From assembly GCA_963693365.1 (NCBI GenBank), contig CAVNZM010000014.1, positions 558,001 through 622,000 on the forward strand: 64,000 nucleotides of DNA. The letters run 5' to 3'. Shown piece by piece: positions 62,220 to 64,000 of this stretch; within the stretch, counting starts at the first letter, position 1, and the number at the start of each line of letters is the position of its first letter. The position numbers were made by a program, and so were the translations under genes. The notes beneath the pieces were generated by a model. It did not search any database and had not been told where the DNA came from. It worked only from the letters and a program-made list of their open reading frames with translations. Origin of the DNA: Amoebidium appalachense (taxonomy: Eukaryota; Protista; Ichthyosporea).

Positions 62220-63136
62220 CTCTCTCTCTCTCTCCTCCCCCTCTCTCCCTCCCCCCCCCCCCCCTCCCCCTCACCCCCCCCCCCCCCCCCCCCCCCCCTC
62301 TCTCTCCCCCCCCCCCCCTCCCCTCTCAACTCTCCCTCCCCGTCCCTCCCCCTCCCTCCCCCCCACCCACCCACCCACCCACCCACCCACCCTCCCTTTC
62401 TCTCTCTCTCCCTGTCTCCCCTCCCCCCCCCCCCTCTCGTGCCCCCTCCCCCTCTTCCCCCCCCCCCTTCTCTCTGTCTCTCTCTCTTCTCCCCGTCTTC
62501 ACAAAACAAAAACAGAAGAAGAAAAGTAGTAGGATGGCGTGAAGAAGGGAAGAAAGGGGACATTCTACCAAAATCCACTTTGCACAACTTCTTGCTGCAT
62601 GCTACCATCCACCGTGGGTTCAAATTCTGTTCTCACAACATACATTCACCTTAGCTGAAGGGACCACGATTCATTCGCTTTGGAACATAAAGATGAGTCA
62701 CCAATACTCTTTTCTGAAATCTTACCCTACCCATCTCATGCACGCTATACTCCCGTCGTTCACTTGAATACCCCCCCCCCCCCCCCCCTCTCTCCACCCC
62801 CCCCCCCCCCCCCCCCCCCCTCCAAAAAAAAAAAAAGAAAAGAAAAAGAGGGAGGGAAGGCGAAGTGGTTGTGTGAAAGAGAGGAGGAGGAGAGGGGGAA
62901 AATGTGGGAGTGAAAGTAGAGCAGGTACAGCACAGCAGTAACGGGGTTTGAGGTGGAAGAGGGGAGGGCGGGGGAGGCCAGGGGGGAGGGGGGGAAGGGG
63001 GGGGGGGGGGGGGGGGGGTATTCGGTTTGCTGGGTGTGAAGTAGGGGCTGACGGTGTGCGTGTGTGCAGTGTTGTGCGCCTGATCCTGCAGTATCTGAAG
63101 GAACACAACCTGGGCCGCACCTTCGACACGCTCAGG
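62053..63136 (+). CDS. SMU1: WD40 repeat splicing factor SMU1, first two exons; continues beyond window end
   Basis: Exons 62053-62078 and 63070-63136 give [31 protein letters not shown], matching the conserved SMU1 LisH N-terminus ([20 protein letters not shown]). Confidence 0.88.
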
Positions 63137-63842
63137 GTACGCCCCACCTGCACACCCCCATTCTTACACAGCCCCCCCCCCCCCCCCCCCCCCCCCCCCC
63201 CTTCGCACACACACACACACACAAGCATGTACTTCTCTCGTTCTAACACAGCTCCCCACCCCGCCCCCTCACATGTGCTTGCCTATGCTTACATAGCTCC
63301 TTTCCCCCCTCCTCCCACCCCTCTTCCCCTCCGCACACGACATTCCCATCCTTCTCCCCCCCCCCCCCCTCCTCTCCTACCCCCCCTCTTCCCCTCACTA
63401 AACAGCCTCTCCCTCTCACCTCCTCCCCCCCTCCCCCCCCTCATTCCTCCCCCTGCACACGCACATCCCCATTCTAACCCCCCCCCCCCCCCCCTCCCCC
63501 TTTCCCTTTCCCCCCGGTCTCAGCCCACTGCTTGCAAACCCCCATCCCCTCCCCCCCCCCCCCCCTCCCAGCCCCCCCCCTCTCCCCCCCCCCCCCTTCT
63601 CTCCCCCGGGGCATCTTCGCTGAAATTCGACTCACCTGTTGTCTTAAGACCAAGTTTCATTGCAGAACAACACACAAGAGATCAAAAGATTCGAACCCCT
63701 TTCTTTCGTTGAGGCATGGGGGCCTTTGGATGGTGGTTTTGTTTCAGGTCTAATGGTTCAAAGTCCGGTGCTCTTGAACTCACTCGTACACACATGCACA
63801 CACAGGCACGCAGGTACACACAGACACGTACACACACACACA

Positions 63843-63889
<47 letters not shown>

Positions 63890-63936
63890 CACAAACACAC
63901 ACACACACAACATATACAAGCACACACGAACAACAC

Positions 63937-63967
<31 letters not shown>

Positions 63968-64000
63968 ACATATACAAGCACACACACACACACACACACA

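Overview
Intron-rich eukaryotic genomic DNA whose introns are filled with (CA/GT)n, (CT/GA)n and poly-G/poly-C tracts; almost all short ORFs in the supplied track are artefacts of these repeats. Reading exons by GT..AG splice phase, I reconstructed: the 5' part of Raptor (-), a complete GET4 (+), a MAPEG/MGST-like gene (+), a 15-kb gene encoding tandem C1 - Pro/Ser linker - SH2 - MORN repeats - C-terminal RING (-), an intronless MBOAT_2 wax-synthase-like acyltransferase (-), a 5'-truncated LINE, a GT47/exostosin glycosyltransferase (+), a possible orphan spliced gene (-), an RGS-domain gene (-) and the first two exons of SMU1 (+). The gene content suggests a unicellular holozoan or similar protist (inference). 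The best novelty candidates are (1) the C1-C1-SH2-MORN-RING protein, a possible DAG- and phosphotyrosine-gated E3 ligase; (2) a dispersed intronic repeat with covarying hairpins and strong orientation bias; (3) splice sites formed directly by (GT)n/(CA)n microsatellites. All family assignments come from motif recognition by eye; no database searches were run.
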